A stretch of DNA of 64,000 nt from assembly GCA_951406725.2 (NCBI GenBank), contig OX597837.1, positions 1,240,001 to 1,304,000 on the forward strand, written 5' to 3'. The notes beneath the pieces were generated by a model. That model saw nothing but the letters and a program-made list of their open reading frames with translations, searched no databases and had not been told where the DNA came from. Shown here one piece after another: positions 24,600 to 38,939 of the stretch (the first letter of the stretch is position 1; each line of letters opens with the position of its first letter). The stretch is from Octopus vulgaris (lineage: Eukaryota). Position numbers and translations under genes: made by a program.

Positions 24600-25400
24600 A
24601 CAATATCTCTTTAAAAAGAGTCCTTCTTAAGACGATCTTTAACCATTTTGGTCGAAGATCCGGAATGATAAGTAGGATTTTAACCGGAATACATTATGGC
24701 TGGATAGAATCAGGACAGACACTATATTAACATCAGCATCAATATTTTCTGGAACTTTCTTTAAAGCTCTGGCAAAGCTGCATAATGGAACGTCACCATG
24801 AATATATCTGAATATCTAATTGGTGGATGCTTGTACAAAGATGGGGGTTTTTTTCTATACAAATCAATCTCGGGTATATGAAAAAGAAGTGTAGAAAGCC
24901 AAAATGACATACAAAATTGGTTTACTGTGGCACGAAGAGATCTAGTTATGAGGTGTATCAATTCTTTGCTTTCTGAAAGTAGCTGCAAGTGAGATTTGAT
25001 ACGCAAGACAGATTGTTTCAACGGTCATACAAAATGCATACGAAAACCGGAATGCGTTCAGACCTTTGAAAATAAGGAATTCTGGTGGAACATTTCCTTT
25101 GTAATAACAATCCGATGCAAGGGTAACAGACTTGTTATTGTTCGCTGAAAAGAGAAATAAAACGCATGCACTTTTGTAGAGGTCAGCTGCCCAGCATAAA
25201 GTCAAAGCGAACGTCTATGGCGAAAGGAATAGAGAATTTTTAGACCCCGCTACTGGACGTACACTTACATTTACATGTATAATGAAGATCTGCATAAAAG
25301 ACTTGAAGTACCACCGTTTTTTTTTAAAGAAAGGGTAAACCAAACTCACGTGTCTCCTCTTTCAGATCCGGAACATAAATGGGAGAATGATATCTTGCAA
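24600..25400 (-). mobile_element. Possible decayed RTE-type LINE RT region
   Basis: Faint ordered similarity: KFSIPFAIDVRFDF, GNVPPEFLIFKGL, LRATVNQF...YKHPPI (cf. RTE LQRLVxRF...YxPPxI). Confidence 0.35.
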
Positions 25401-26177
25401 AGCATTCCAAAGATTTTCCTATTTGAGTTTCCTGAATGAACCTAGAAGCACAGATATGCATATGCCACATACGCACGCGCGCACACAAACATATTCACAG
25501 CAAAGAAAGATTCATTAGTTTGGTAAAAGCTTCTAAACACACTATTGTCTCGTAGACAGACTAAAAAATCCGTCAAACTGTCTTGACTATAAAACAGAAG
25601 TGATGTCACTTTGACAGTGATCTGCTGAAATTCTGGTTCGCTGTCGATGTCGACGATGAATATTCAATACTTTGAGTAACTGGTTTATTCCTTAATTGAA
25701 TTTGCTTAAGTGTGGTTGGGTATAAACTCGATATAATCGTAGCTACCATTAATGCAATCCTTGTCACTGCATGTGACAAGATGGGAATTTAAAAAAACAG
25801 ATACATTCCATTTGACAATCTCTCTGCTGATTTCATTTACAAAGCTTGAGTCAGCACGATGTTGATATGAGGTTTCGATCCGTCTACAAGGAATCAACTG
25901 CTGGACCACGTGACTGCAAAATGAAATTGTTAAACATTCGTCAACGGTGTGCCCGTGTGAATAATAGAAATATGCACACTAGTAAACGTACACTCATACA
26001 TACACTTGCAAGCACATATTTCGATAACAAAAAGCCTTTCCACAAAAAATTTAATCAACAAACAAAATAACACACATTCATAGCATTACAAACAATATCT
26101 AAATTTATAGAATTATAGATGCACAAATTCATGCATTCATGAAGATATAACACACACGTTTATAAAAGTGTATATCT

Positions 26178-26545
26178 TTTACCTTTCATTTTCTGTCATT
26201 TCACTGCGGCCATGCTGGGGCATCACTTAGGGATTAAATTTTTTTAAAGCCTGGTACTTATTTTATCGGTTCTTTTAATCGAATCACTAGGTTACGGGGA
26301 CGTAATAAATCCAACACTGGTTGTCAAGCGGTGGTGGTGGGACAAACACAGGCACTAAGACACACACACACACAGATACATAGGTACATACATACATGCG
26401 ACAGGCTTCTTTCAGTTTCCTCTTCCAAATCTACTCACAAGACTTTGGTCAGACGGACGCTATCATAAAAACCACTTACTTGAGGTTCTGCGCAGTAGAA
26501 TTGAACTCGCAATCATGCATTTTGGAGGCAAGTTACCTCCATACA
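26178..26545 (-). mobile_element. SINE family B
   Basis: ctgcggccatgctggggca...ttacggggacgtaa...ggcttctttcagtttcc. Confidence 0.8.
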
Positions 26546-26628
26546 TGTACATATAATATATTTACATTAATACATACATGTATACATACATATATATGTA
26601 TATATACATACATATATATATACATACA

Positions 26629-26662
<34 letters not shown>

Positions 26663-26665
26663 CAT

Positions 26666-26707
<42 letters not shown>

Positions 26708-27096
26708 GGAGAGCACAATGTACACAGTATGATATCAGTTCGGGAGATGGAGAGAGAGACAGAGAGAGAGATAGAGGCAGAAAGAAAGGAGAAAGAGTGA
26801 CTGTGGGAATTAGAGAGTCAGAGATAATTTCGAGAAGTCAACATCAAACAAATCTCAGACCTACCATCAATAACATTGAAGCTGTCCGTTACCTACCACT
26901 GTTATTTACTGAGAAAACATTGGATCCCTCTCTCACATCGTTACACTTCTCTTCATCTCCCATGAAAGTGTGCGTGATTGTTGAGGAAGGGCTGTAATCA
27001 TGCGTTCATATGCATGCATGTATATATACAAGTGTATCTGAATATATATAAGATGTCTGCATTTACACTTAAAAATACAAATAGGCTTTTAGGTAC

Positions 27097-27173
<77 letters not shown>

Positions 27174-28162
27174 CATTTACATTCAAACACGTGTATACAC
27201 GTGTTTGCATGTGTATAGATGTTTGTGTGTAAGTATATGCATTTGTGTATGTATGATTGTATATAAGTGTGTATATGTTTGCGTGTGCATTAAAAACAAA
27301 TGCCTTAATGTGCATGAAACAAACTAGGTAAAATACTCAAAATTTTGAGTTTACTAGGCATTGTGATAGTGACATCGAAGTTACTCTCTATAAAATGATG
27401 TAAGTGAGCGATTGAATATGTACGCACTGAGGATGGGTATGTGTGTGTATAAACATTTACATATCCATTGATAGCAAATATATACACATGTAATATGTTT
27501 ATATAATATCTGCTTCAAACATTCTGTTTCATTCATTGCCTAAAACACAAATGAACGAACAAACACGCACACACTCACACAAATATATGTGTGTGCGTGT
27601 GCGTATGTGTGTGTGTGTGTGTGCGTGTGTGCGTGTGTGTGCGTGTGTGTGTGTTTGTGTATCAAGGAGACAGAGAGAGAGAGATTGGGAAACTGGTGTG
27701 TATATAGATGGTTATATATTTATATAGTATGTTTTTGTAATGTATATTTAGAAGAAATATTTGTTTAATATCACGAGTACGATGTATTTATATACGCATA
27801 TGCAAATAAAAACATACCCATGCATCTATATACGTGCCTGTGTGTGTGTATTTAATTCATATATAATGGTTATACAATATACAGCTTAACTACCTATCGC
27901 ACACAAGCTCGCACAACACGCGCACACACACATACACAGACACACATATATATTGTGTGTGTGAAAGGCCGGTAGATCTGCAATTAATTTCACTCCGGTC
28001 TCTTATCCCAAATCCTTTGCATTTGACTAGAGATATTTATTTAATTTTACCCATATTTGGAACAATATTAAACTAAATAACAAACATAATGACCTCGACG
28101 AATAAGGGTGCGCATAAGTATACGTAACCGTATGTGTTTATGGTTAATTCAACTTCTCTGGG

Positions 28163-28186
28163 AATATTGCATCCCCACTCTGCTCC

Positions 28187-28225
<39 letters not shown>

Positions 28226-28250
28226 TGATGGGGAGCAGAGTGGGGACGCA

Positions 28251-28253
<3 letters not shown>
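28163..28253. repeat. Inverted repeat enclosing (TA)n
   Basis: atattgcatccccactctgctcc / ggagcagagtggggacgcaatat around a self-complementary (TA)n core. Confidence 0.85.
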
Positions 28254-28294
<41 letters not shown>

Positions 28295-28624
28295 TGTGTT
28301 TGTACATATATGTATATCACTGTATGTATAGCTATATATATATAGATGTATATACATACATAAACACGTATGTGAGCGTGAGTGTTTTTGATGTGTTTAA
28401 GCAAACATCTAACTATGTAATGGCAAGTTTTTGAATAAAAGTTTGTGTTGGTAGATATATGTTCGTTTGAGTATTTAACGTTTGTTTTTCTATTTTAGAC
28501 ATTTTCCCACAAAAACAAAAACAAAAAATTATTTGTAAGATTTTAAAATTTCATTTCCTTATAGAATTGAATTGTTCCCGCTCTTAATCTTTTTAACATT
28601 CGCCAGAAATGTACAGCAGATGTC

Positions 28625-28681
<57 letters not shown>

Positions 28682-28900
28682 GTGTTTGTGTATGAATGAA
28701 CATTTGCGCTTTTTTATGTATACGATTTTGCGTTTATGCCTGTGTAAAATATGTATATAAAATGTATCTATAGATACGTGGGCTTATAAGTAAAATGCAT
28801 GTAATGTGTTAGATAATGTATATATATATATATATAACAGACGAAAATCGTTCTTTTATTCCATATAAGACTGTATATGATGTATGTGAGCATATACATT

Positions 28901-28952
<52 letters not shown>

Positions 28953-29685
28953 TGTATGTATGTATGTATGTATGTATGTATATATATACATGTATGTGTG
29001 TAGTTGCTTGTGAAAGTTTCTAATAAAATCCAATATGACATAATTTGTGTGTAGTTTCTAATATAATCCGGCTACGAAACTGTTTAATCAGGTTACCACT
29101 TTCTGTATTAAACCAAAACGTGTCTGATAAAATACTTTATTGACAGAAACATTTTACTTTGCTTTCCACATTCTCCATATTCGTAGTAACGTTTAAAAAC
29201 GTTTCGATTTTCCTTTTCAGCCCTCTATAATATATATACTTTGTGAATACCATAGAAAGATTAAAGATTCACAACTAAAGTTTTGCTTAATGCTGTTATA
29301 AAATTTGGAAAGTACATTACGTTTTCGACTTTAGTATATCAACAGAAAAACTAGAGATGCTGACGAAGCGCAAAAAGGTAGAATTGCACGTCAAGCATTC
29401 CGCCTGCGCTGCTGCGTAGTGTCTCATCTACTACTGATATATCATTAAGTTATTTAGCACAGTACGTCCATAAAAGATATTATGTGAGCGTGTGTGTGTG
29501 TGAGAGAGAGAGGGGGAGAAAGAGAAAGAGAGAGAGAAAGAGAGACAGAGAAAGAGTTGCAGTTGGGAGATAAAAAATGTATTGGGTTTATGCTTAGGAA
29601 AAAATGAAAGGAAAAGTATTTTACGTTTCGAGGCTACGCTCTTCTCCAAAAAGAAAAGTACTGTGTGTGCATATGCCCTCCACTC

Positions 29686-29724
<39 letters not shown>

Positions 29725-30364
29725 TGTGTGTGTGTGTGCCTGTGTGTGCTTGTGTGCGTGCGCATGAATGTATTGATAACTATTCAAATAGGAATACGAT
29801 ATAGTTACCAGGTAATATAACTTCTACCAATTATTTGAGATTGATGTTTAGATACCAGTTGAATCTAGTTCAGCTATCAACGCCGCCTTCAAGGTCTGTT
29901 CTAATTGGCTTACGTCGTTGTGAGGGAAGGGGAGGTAATTTAGTACTGCTTCTCACCGGTGTCCACCAAATTACCTAACACTAGCTTCCTGTGGCATCCG
30001 GCATTTTGGTTTCGTTACAAGCATATTATATCTTGACACCTCCACCCAGGAGACAAACGCGAGATAGATGGATGGACAGAGAGGCACACAGACAAATAGA
30101 TGGATATGTAGAAACGTATGTATGCATGACAACACATTGAGTGCGTGCATGTGTGTCTGTGTGTGGTGGGTGTATATGCGTTTGCGTGTGTATAACTAAT
30201 CTACTAATGATGTAGACAAATTGTTAATATGTTAATATATCTTCAATTATTGATTGCGTGATGTAGTTTGTGCAATATATGAATTGTGCAACGTGGGTCT
30301 CTCCGAATGGTGCCTGTCTGTCTCCCACCTTAATACTTCCATTCACCGTTCTCCTCCTCTCTCT

Positions 30365-30427
<63 letters not shown>

Positions 30428-30452
30428 GATAGATAGATATATACACATGTAC

Positions 30453-30487
<35 letters not shown>

Positions 30488-30884
30488 TACCTATGTACAC
30501 ATACATATATATATGCATATATATATATATATATATATATACACGTATACATATACATGTACATATATTCAAACATTATATATACATATATATATACATA
30601 TTTATAGGTACATATGCATAGGTACACACACACACATATATCCATATACATATATATATACATATGCATACACACACACCACACATATATATATATATAT
30701 ATATGTATATACATGCTTCTAGATATGTCGCTATACTTGCATATGCATTCATATATGCATATATTTGTGTGTGTGCGTGTAAGTGTACTTATGAATTAAC
30801 GTATGTTTATTTATGTCTGTATATAGAAATGTGTGTTTGTATGTAAATATACGGGTACAGATATATGTATCTGTAAAACCTCAT

Positions 30885-30885
<1 letters not shown>

Positions 30886-30957
<72 letters not shown>
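30886..30957. repeat. Long perfect (CA)n
   Basis: Direct reading. Confidence 0.95.
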
Positions 30958-30958
<1 letters not shown>

Positions 30959-31648
30959 CCGAAATTGCAATACCATTCCCAAATTTTATCCTCAATATCA
31001 TCAATCACATCGATTGACTAATAACATTTCAGATTCGGGAGTGGTGTCACGTGACTTAGTGGTATGGTGATAGTCTCGGTGTTAGAATATTGGTTCCAGC
31101 AGGTATTATCGATAGAGATCGATGGGTTGGGAGAGGGGGGGCGCAATCAGGCTTGGTGTTTATTGAACGTTCAGCTCTATGTAGGCATTTCACTACAGCT
31201 GTTCAGTGCTCTCAACCGGAAATGCTTATCTAATTCATCGTCAGCGTAGTATAGGTGGTTAGTGGGGGTGGGGGTGGAATGGGTGATGGTGGTGGCGGGA
31301 TGTCGGGATCATTGTCCTTGTCGGTGTCGTCTTCGCCATCACCGCCCTCCTGTATTGAGTTCGTTTTTCAGTGCCATGGTCTTTGTACAACTATATATAC
31401 TTCTATTTATATATGCATACATATATACACTGCATACATATAGATATATACATTGCATATATATACCTCTCCCTACATACATACATATATATCCTTTTAC
31501 ATATATATATTATGAGTAACAAAGATGTACAGGTGTCAATTCATTACGGCCGTTTCAAGCGACTCTTTTAAGGACCAACCAAATGCTTTAACATATTCAT
31601 CAACTGGAACTCAAATATTTACATTGATTCCACTGCTATTTCGCTTGG

Positions 31649-31707
<59 letters not shown>

Positions 31708-31830
31708 CAAAAGGGTAAAATATAAACAGCAAAACTGGAAGAATTCAGTAAGGCTTTAACGTTTCGAGGATATGATCAACGGAAATGATAGATGAGGAGT
31801 GAAAAAGAAAGATATACGCGCGCGCGCACG

Positions 31831-31871
<41 letters not shown>

Positions 31872-32428
31872 ATGCATTGCATATAAATGTATGCTCTGCG
31901 CGTAGGGGAAAACGGAATGCCTTCGAACAAAGACCAACTGGATCAAAGCAGACCTACGCTTACAGGACGATAAGGAACTTCGGCTATACATTGCTCCAAG
32001 AATTTCGTCCTCTTTTTAACTTGATCCAGAAGGCTTTATGGTCGGGGACATACCCACCATGACCATCCTGTCTACATTTCATAAATTGTGGTTTTCCTTG
32101 CTTTAGTAGGGAAGGCGCCGCGCGTGGCTTTTTACAGGGCCTGCGAAACAAGTGGGACCCCTGACATGAATCATTGCAATATAGTATGTATGTCAGGGAT
32201 CGGAACAGTGCCGTCTTAGCAGCATTATGGGACCTCGAGGTGCGAAACAGAACATTAGCAATTGGTCGATAACTGATGAAGAATTACGGACCTTCCGTTT
32301 GTCTCCCATCCATTTTTACATTTAGTATACGTCAAGTCGTTTGTTTATTTACCATACATTTTTTCATTTATTAAGTAATGGAACGCAACACACACCAAAT
32401 TTGCATTAACAAGCATGTTTTACATATA

Positions 32429-32769
32429 CTAGCAGTATCGCCCGGCGTTGCTCGGGTTTGTTTCGACCCTTTAGAATTGGAATTCTCTTTAAGTGAACAT
32501 TTTTCTGGTTGAAATACACCGAAAAATGGCGACACAGCTGTCAAAAAATCGTAAAAAAATAAGGATTTTCATATAAAAAAAGCATCTTTTTGATGTAAAA
32601 AATTTTTGATGGACCGATTTGAATTTTATCTTCTACGGAATGAAGAGCAAGCCTTCTTCTATCATACTATCAATTTTAGTCAACTTTCGCCGCAGGGTCT
32701 CGGAGGAGATAGTGTTAGTTGAAGGCTGCCAAACCTGCCACACACAGACAACTCAGCTTTAGATATACA
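32429..32769 (-). mobile_element. Non-autonomous Helitron
   Basis: Minus-strand 3' end CCCG-agcaacgc-CGGG hairpin, short spacer, CTAG|T; 5' end tatatctaaagctgagttgtctgtg. Confidence 0.75.
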
Positions 32770-32809
32770 TTTTCTACGATGATTTTTGTTAAGCGATGTC
32801 GATTTTAAA

Positions 32810-33332
32810 ATTCTTTGAATGATGTTTCTCTGTTCGTTACGTTTATATGTTCGTTAACGCCTCCTAGACCATTTGTAGAATGACAACGAAACTCAAACCA
32901 GCAACTTCCCTAATCCTAGGGAATGTCCTAAGGGGGTTTATTTTTTATTAGAGCCGGTTAATCGGGGACCCACTGACCTCCCCCTATTTTTACTGGGTTT
33001 TAAACTAAATACATGGTATTGGTGACCAAATCCAAGCAATGACAATGAGTTTCAAACTATGAATTCCCTGGGAGTATCGTAAAAAGTTCAATTTCTGAAG
33101 GGCCGCTTAAATGGGGGCCCCACTGACTCTCTATTTTTACTGCATTTAACTCTCTCTTACGCTTATTGATTAAACCACGATCAGCATCATTGCTTAGTAC
33201 ATTTGCAGAAATGAGTTTCATTGCTCAAGGGTAGAGGGCCACGAAGCGCACCGATAGTGGGGCCGAAGGCCTCAAAGATCCTCTCCGCAGGATCTATCCC
33301 GAATGCTGCCCGAAAGGCGGCTTCAATGCTAG
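32810..33332 (+). mobile_element. Second Helitron-like element
   Basis: 3' end GCTGCC-cgaaa-GGCGGC hairpin then ttcaatg CTAG|T; internal direct repeat gggg.cccactgac..ctatttttactg; 5' end uncertain. Confidence 0.55.
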
Positions 33333-33394
33333 TTTTATAAGCCTGAAGCTTATAGGCGATCACTCTCTAAGGAATATAGTTTAATTTTGGGATA

Positions 33395-33642
33395 TAAAGC
33401 CTCGATGGAAATAAAAATTGGATTTTCCGTATATTTAGCGTGTGTGTGTCCACCATCACTTTACACAACCAGCGATGGGCTGCTTGTGTCCCCGTGGATT
33501 ATCGGTTCGACAAAAGAAACCAAAAAAATAAGTAAAAGGCTTAAAAGAAGTCCTGGAGACGATTCATTCAAATAAAAGCTTTTCAATGCGGTGTTCCAAC
33601 ATGACCGCAGTTTAAGGAGTGAAACAAATAAAATAAAAAGAA
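33395..33642 (+). mobile_element. SINE family B, 3' part
   Basis: gtccccgt..cggttcgacaaaaga..gcggtgttccaacatgaccgcag..gaaacaaataaaa. Confidence 0.7.
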
Positions 33643-34536
33643 AGATCCTTCATAGAAACAGTCTCCGTCTAGGGACCTCATTATTGATTAAATCGTGTAT
33701 GTTACATTTTTAGAGTAAAATGCGTGGTTTGAGGGAGTATTTTAGCTGCTATTTCAAACAGATTGAAGTGACTGGATGATGGTTCCCCCTAGCATCCTCT
33801 AGCTGCAATTTTGAGTGACATATTGGATTATATAGTTTGAGATTAAAATGCGTCTAAAAAAACATACTAATAAAAAAAAACCTGTTTATTCACGGCTCGA
33901 AGGCATTTCATCATTGGTCGTCAGGATCAAAGTTGTGTTGGGGATAAAACAACAACGACAATAATAACAACAAGATACCTGGCCGTGTTCCATTGCAAAA
34001 GATTAATATAATTAAGTCGAGTTGCCAGCTGTTGGCATCGAGTTGAGAAAATAAAAACAAGACGTCATCGATACGGCTGTGAATTCGTATCGATCTGCTT
34101 AATTCGGCGAAAATCAAAACCAAAAACGCACGCCAAAAACAAAAGTACAAAAAAACAAGAAACATAAAGAGCCAAAGCAATAATAACAATAATAATAGTA
34201 ATGATGATGATGATGATGATAATAATAATAATAGTAATAATAATAATGATAATAATAATAATAATAATAATGATGATGATTTTTATTTATAATAATAAAA
34301 ATGATAAGAATAATAGTTATGATGATATGTTGTTTAGTTAATTTTTAATTTAAATTAAAACAGGGGCGGATGGGCTTTGTCTTTGCGCGTGTGTAAATGC
34401 GTTTGTAAGCTTGCGCGTGGACATATTATCCGTCAGCCAATGAAATCTTTCCATCAGTATCTTCACGAACACATTACTGTTAGTATAAGAGGCGAGTACA
34501 CATTCATAGATGAGTGCACACATATGTATGTTTGCG

Positions 34537-34579
<43 letters not shown>

Positions 34580-34661
34580 TTGAGTTAGTGTGTGTGTATC
34601 GATGCATATATTTATATACGTGTATATACGCATATATTTATGTAAATGTATATATACATAA

Positions 34662-34729
<68 letters not shown>

Positions 34730-35318
34730 ACATACATACACACACTCGTTGTGTTAAGCACTCACATATATACATAGGTGTTTACATATCCATGTAAGAT
34801 TGTGTGTGTGTGGTTGTGTGTATTAACCAGATGATATATTTACATTTGTGCATGTGTGTGTTTATATGAAATGGCAATGTGTACGTATATGTGCTTCGAC
34901 TCTTCTGTCTTTGTGTGTGTGTGTGTGTGTTATGTGTATTGGTGTGTATAAATGCGTTCATGTATGTATGCAAGTGAAAATACATGGCTGTATGTATGTT
35001 TCTATTTTTTTTTATCGAATCCATATCACAATAATTCAAAGAACGGCAACAAAAATGACATCAGCAACAACAACAACAACAACAACGATAATTTCAGAGA
35101 AAAAGAAAATTTACTGAATCAGTTTTTCATCCATTAGTCACAAACAAAAACCAACAATATATAAACAAACAAACTAATAAACACACATAAATCAATTTAA
35201 AACAGAAAATGACAATCCTCACCCCGATCACGTGATTTAACCTATATCGGTGTCTCATTTGAAACTGAGAAAATTTAATTAATCGATTACGTGACGTTAT
35301 ATTAACCTTGTTAGTTTT

Positions 35319-35374
<56 letters not shown>

Positions 35375-35376
<2 letters not shown>

Positions 35377-35660
35377 GCGCAGGCGTGGTTGTATGTTGTG
35401 TGTTAAGAAGCTTGCTTCCCACCCACATGGTTCTGGGTTCAGCCCCACTGCGTGGCACCTTAGGAGTGTATTTGGGATGTATGTATATTTATGTGTGTCT
35501 GTCTTTGTCTCTGTGTATGTTCCCTATCACAGCTTGACAACTGGTGTTGGTGTGTATATGTCCCTGTAACTTAGCAATATATATATATATGTGTGTGTCG
35601 ATTTGTGTGTCAGATAGTGTGTGACCGCAGTCACTTAACTGAAACAAGTAAGAGAATAAC
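35375..35660 (+). mobile_element. SINE family B, internally deleted
   Basis: ggcgcaggcgtgg..aagaagcttgcttccc..gggttcagccccactgcgtggcacctt. Confidence 0.8.
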
Positions 35661-35779
35661 AGAAGTATGTATATATATATATGTGTGTGTGTATGTGTTT
35701 GTGTTTGTGTGTGTGTTTATAATTATTCCAAAATAATTATATATATATTTATATATTATATATATATGTATATATAATT

Positions 35780-35925
35780 CTTCCAAACTAAAAAAAAACG
35801 GAGAAAAATACAAGAAAATCAACAACGCGTAGACGCAAGGTACATGCAAGGTATTAATAAGACGTTAAGAGAAGGAAAGAAAGGGTCTTTTACGTTTCGA
35901 GCAAACCTCTTCTTCAGAAACTGGA
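35780..35925 (-). mobile_element. Penelope-type pLTR-like repeat with minimal hammerhead (35887-35920)
   Basis: Reverse complement uuu-CUGAAGA-A-GAG-guuug-CUC-GAAA-CGUA-aaa; homologous to 61145-61300. The adjacent 35930-36340 may be decayed endonuclease sequence (weak). Confidence 0.6.
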
Positions 35926-36389
35926 GAAGTTGTCATTTTGAAGAAGCTTTCTCTTTGAACTACAGTCTCAAATGAAGTTCTCTGCGACGAAATTCCAGGG
36001 CGAGAGTCTTCGCCCTTTTTGTGAATATCGATGTTTTATATGAGATACACGTTGTTAAATTGATAACTGCTGTCTCGTGATTTACTGAAACATATCTTCC
36101 TAGATACCTCGCTATACCGAGATGATCTCTGTCATTGAGGAGACAAAATTATGCCGTGACAGTGGTATGTGTGGAGTCTGCTGTCAGCTATGCAAGCATT
36201 TTCTTTTTACACGGTGTCCTTAAGAAGTTTTTCTTCCGAGACAAAAGCACAGGGCGAGCATCGGTCGACGCTTGTATGTAGATGAAATTGTCTTAAATGA
36301 TGCAAACATCGTTAAGTTAATCTCAGCGGCTTCAAGGTTTATAGATATATATATTCAAATATTGATAGAAACACAATCATATATAAACG

Positions 36390-36503
36390 GAGGCATGGCT
36401 GTGTGATTCCGCGTTCAGTCCCACTGCGTGGCACCTTCGGCAGGTAATTACTACTATAGCCACCGGCCAAAGACATGTGAGTGGATTTGGTTAAAGCATT
36501 CCC

Positions 36504-36562
<59 letters not shown>

Positions 36563-36570
36563 GATATACA

Positions 36571-36623
<53 letters not shown>

Positions 36624-36870
36624 TGTCTGTGTGTATCTTTGTGCCTGTGGTTGCCCCCCAATGGTGCTTGAGGGAAACTGAACGAAACCCGTCGTATGTG
36701 AGTGTGTGTGTGTGTGTGTTTCGCCACCATCACTTTTGACAACCGGTTTTGATGTGTTTACGTCCCCGTAACTTAGCGGTTCGGCAAATGAATCGATTGA
36801 ATAAACACTAGGTTTCGATTTTTGAAGGCAGTGCTGCGACATGGCCGCAGTCTAATACCTGAAACAAGTA
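36390..36870 (+). mobile_element. SINE family B with expanded internal microsatellites
   Basis: gcatggctgtgtg..gttcagtcccactgcgtggcacc...gtttacgtccccgtaacttagcggttcggcaa. Confidence 0.8.
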
Positions 36871-37501
36871 TAAGTTAAATGATATATCTGTGTTAATGTC
36901 AGTATGTTTGTAGTCGAAAGATAATTTTAAAAAACCTCCGAATATGGCGCTTTGCATCTACAACCAATCAAAATGTGAAAGAATTTCCATGAGATCATTC
37001 GACCAAAATTAGTGAAATACTTGCAGAAATAAACAGAAAAACAATTACAGAACACAGTGGATGGAATTCAAAGTAATAAATCTTACAAGTGGGAAGACGT
37101 TTTCAATTAACCAACATACACACACATACACACACACGTACACACACACACACACACACATAACAGGCGCGCGCGTGCATACGTGGGCATGTGTATGTAG
37201 ATGCTCTAGTGTGTATGAGTGTAAACCTCTGTACAATTATCTTTCAAATAAAAGCCGAGTACGTTCTAATATTGTAAATGAAGCTAAAAATATATGATTA
37301 TACAGTTAAATATTTACCAAACTATGTGTGTCTATACGCGCCACTGTCTGTACGTTCTACGTCGGTGTGAGTATGACCTTGCGTGCACGTATATATATAT
37401 ATATGTATAAACATATGTATACACACACACACACACACACGCACAAGCTTATCTGCACGTTGGTGTGTGCTTATGACCTTGCGTGCATAATATGTATATG
37501 T

Positions 37502-37542
<41 letters not shown>

Positions 37543-37561
37543 TATTATTTTGTGCATAATT

Positions 37562-37610
<49 letters not shown>

Positions 37611-38257
37611 ATATATGTATACATATATATATATATATGTATATAATATGTATACATATATATATATACACACACGTATATACATACATATATACATACA
37701 TATATATGTAGACATATATACATATATATACATGCATATATATATATATACACACTCACACACATATGTGTGTGTATATATATATATAGACATACATACA
37801 CACACACAACCATTCATATTCATACAAGTTTAAATAAGTATATATACACATGTATGTTTGTGTTATATATATATGCGTGTGTGTATGTATGTGGTATGTT
37901 TTCCATTATATGCCGATATAACTGCGTGTGCTTGCGTATAGATACAAATTTTGGGGATTGACAGATATACAAATAGACATATGAAATATATATGTCCACC
38001 GAGCTAATTCAGTATTTGAACAAATCCCGCGTGGCGTCGTTAGATTCACTTCTAAATAACAAACCAATTATTCATACATCGTCCGCCATATTTCCAACAT
38101 TAAATTCGTCGGTAATGTCTAATATTTTCTAAATGAGAACTTTAACCATTAGTTGGGTATTTACTTAGCACTTCTCAACATACTTCGGCAAACAATCATT
38201 GTCTCTGGCTTTCTCTGTGTTGGTGTGTGTGTGTGTGTTGTATGAGCACGTATACAT

Positions 38258-38344
38258 GTGTATGTATGTATGTATGTATGTATGTATGTATGTATGTATG
38301 TATGTATGTATGTATGTATGTATGTATGCATGCATGTATGTATG

Positions 38345-38378
<34 letters not shown>

Positions 38379-38380
38379 TG

Positions 38381-38414
<34 letters not shown>

Positions 38415-38447
38415 TGTATGTATGTATGCATGTGCATGTATGTATGT
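38258..38447. repeat. (TATG)n microsatellite
   Basis: Direct reading. Confidence 0.95.
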
Positions 38448-38888
38448 TTATATCTGCGTATGACTATATGTATATATATATATTCTGATGTATGTATACA
38501 TGTATATGTATGTATATATGTGTGTATATATATATGTACATGTGTGCTTGTGTATATATATATATATATATTTATTAATATGTCTAGCTGTACATATATC
38601 TGTATCTAACTAACTATCTATGTTTATATACACACAAGCACACATACATGTACATATATATACACACACATATATACATACATGTATATATGTTTGTATA
38701 TATATATATATATTTTAATATGTATATCTGTACATATATCTGTATCTATCTATCTAACTATCTACATTTATATATATGTGTGTGTGTGTGTGTATACACA
38801 TACACGCAAACACATACACACAAAATACATGTATTATGTTGAGCGCTCGACAGTATATTTCACCGTAATCTGTAAGGATATATGTATG

Positions 38889-38939
<51 letters not shown>

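Noticed and set aside
31046-31055. Perfect GTCACGTGAC E-box; also ATCACGTGAT near 35228
   Set aside because: Isolated short motifs are expected by chance in 64 kb.
37356-37490. 30-nt direct repeat (cgt.ggtgtg...tatgaccttgcgtgca) with spacer
   Set aside because: Only two units separated by microsatellite; a local duplication, not a CRISPR-like array.
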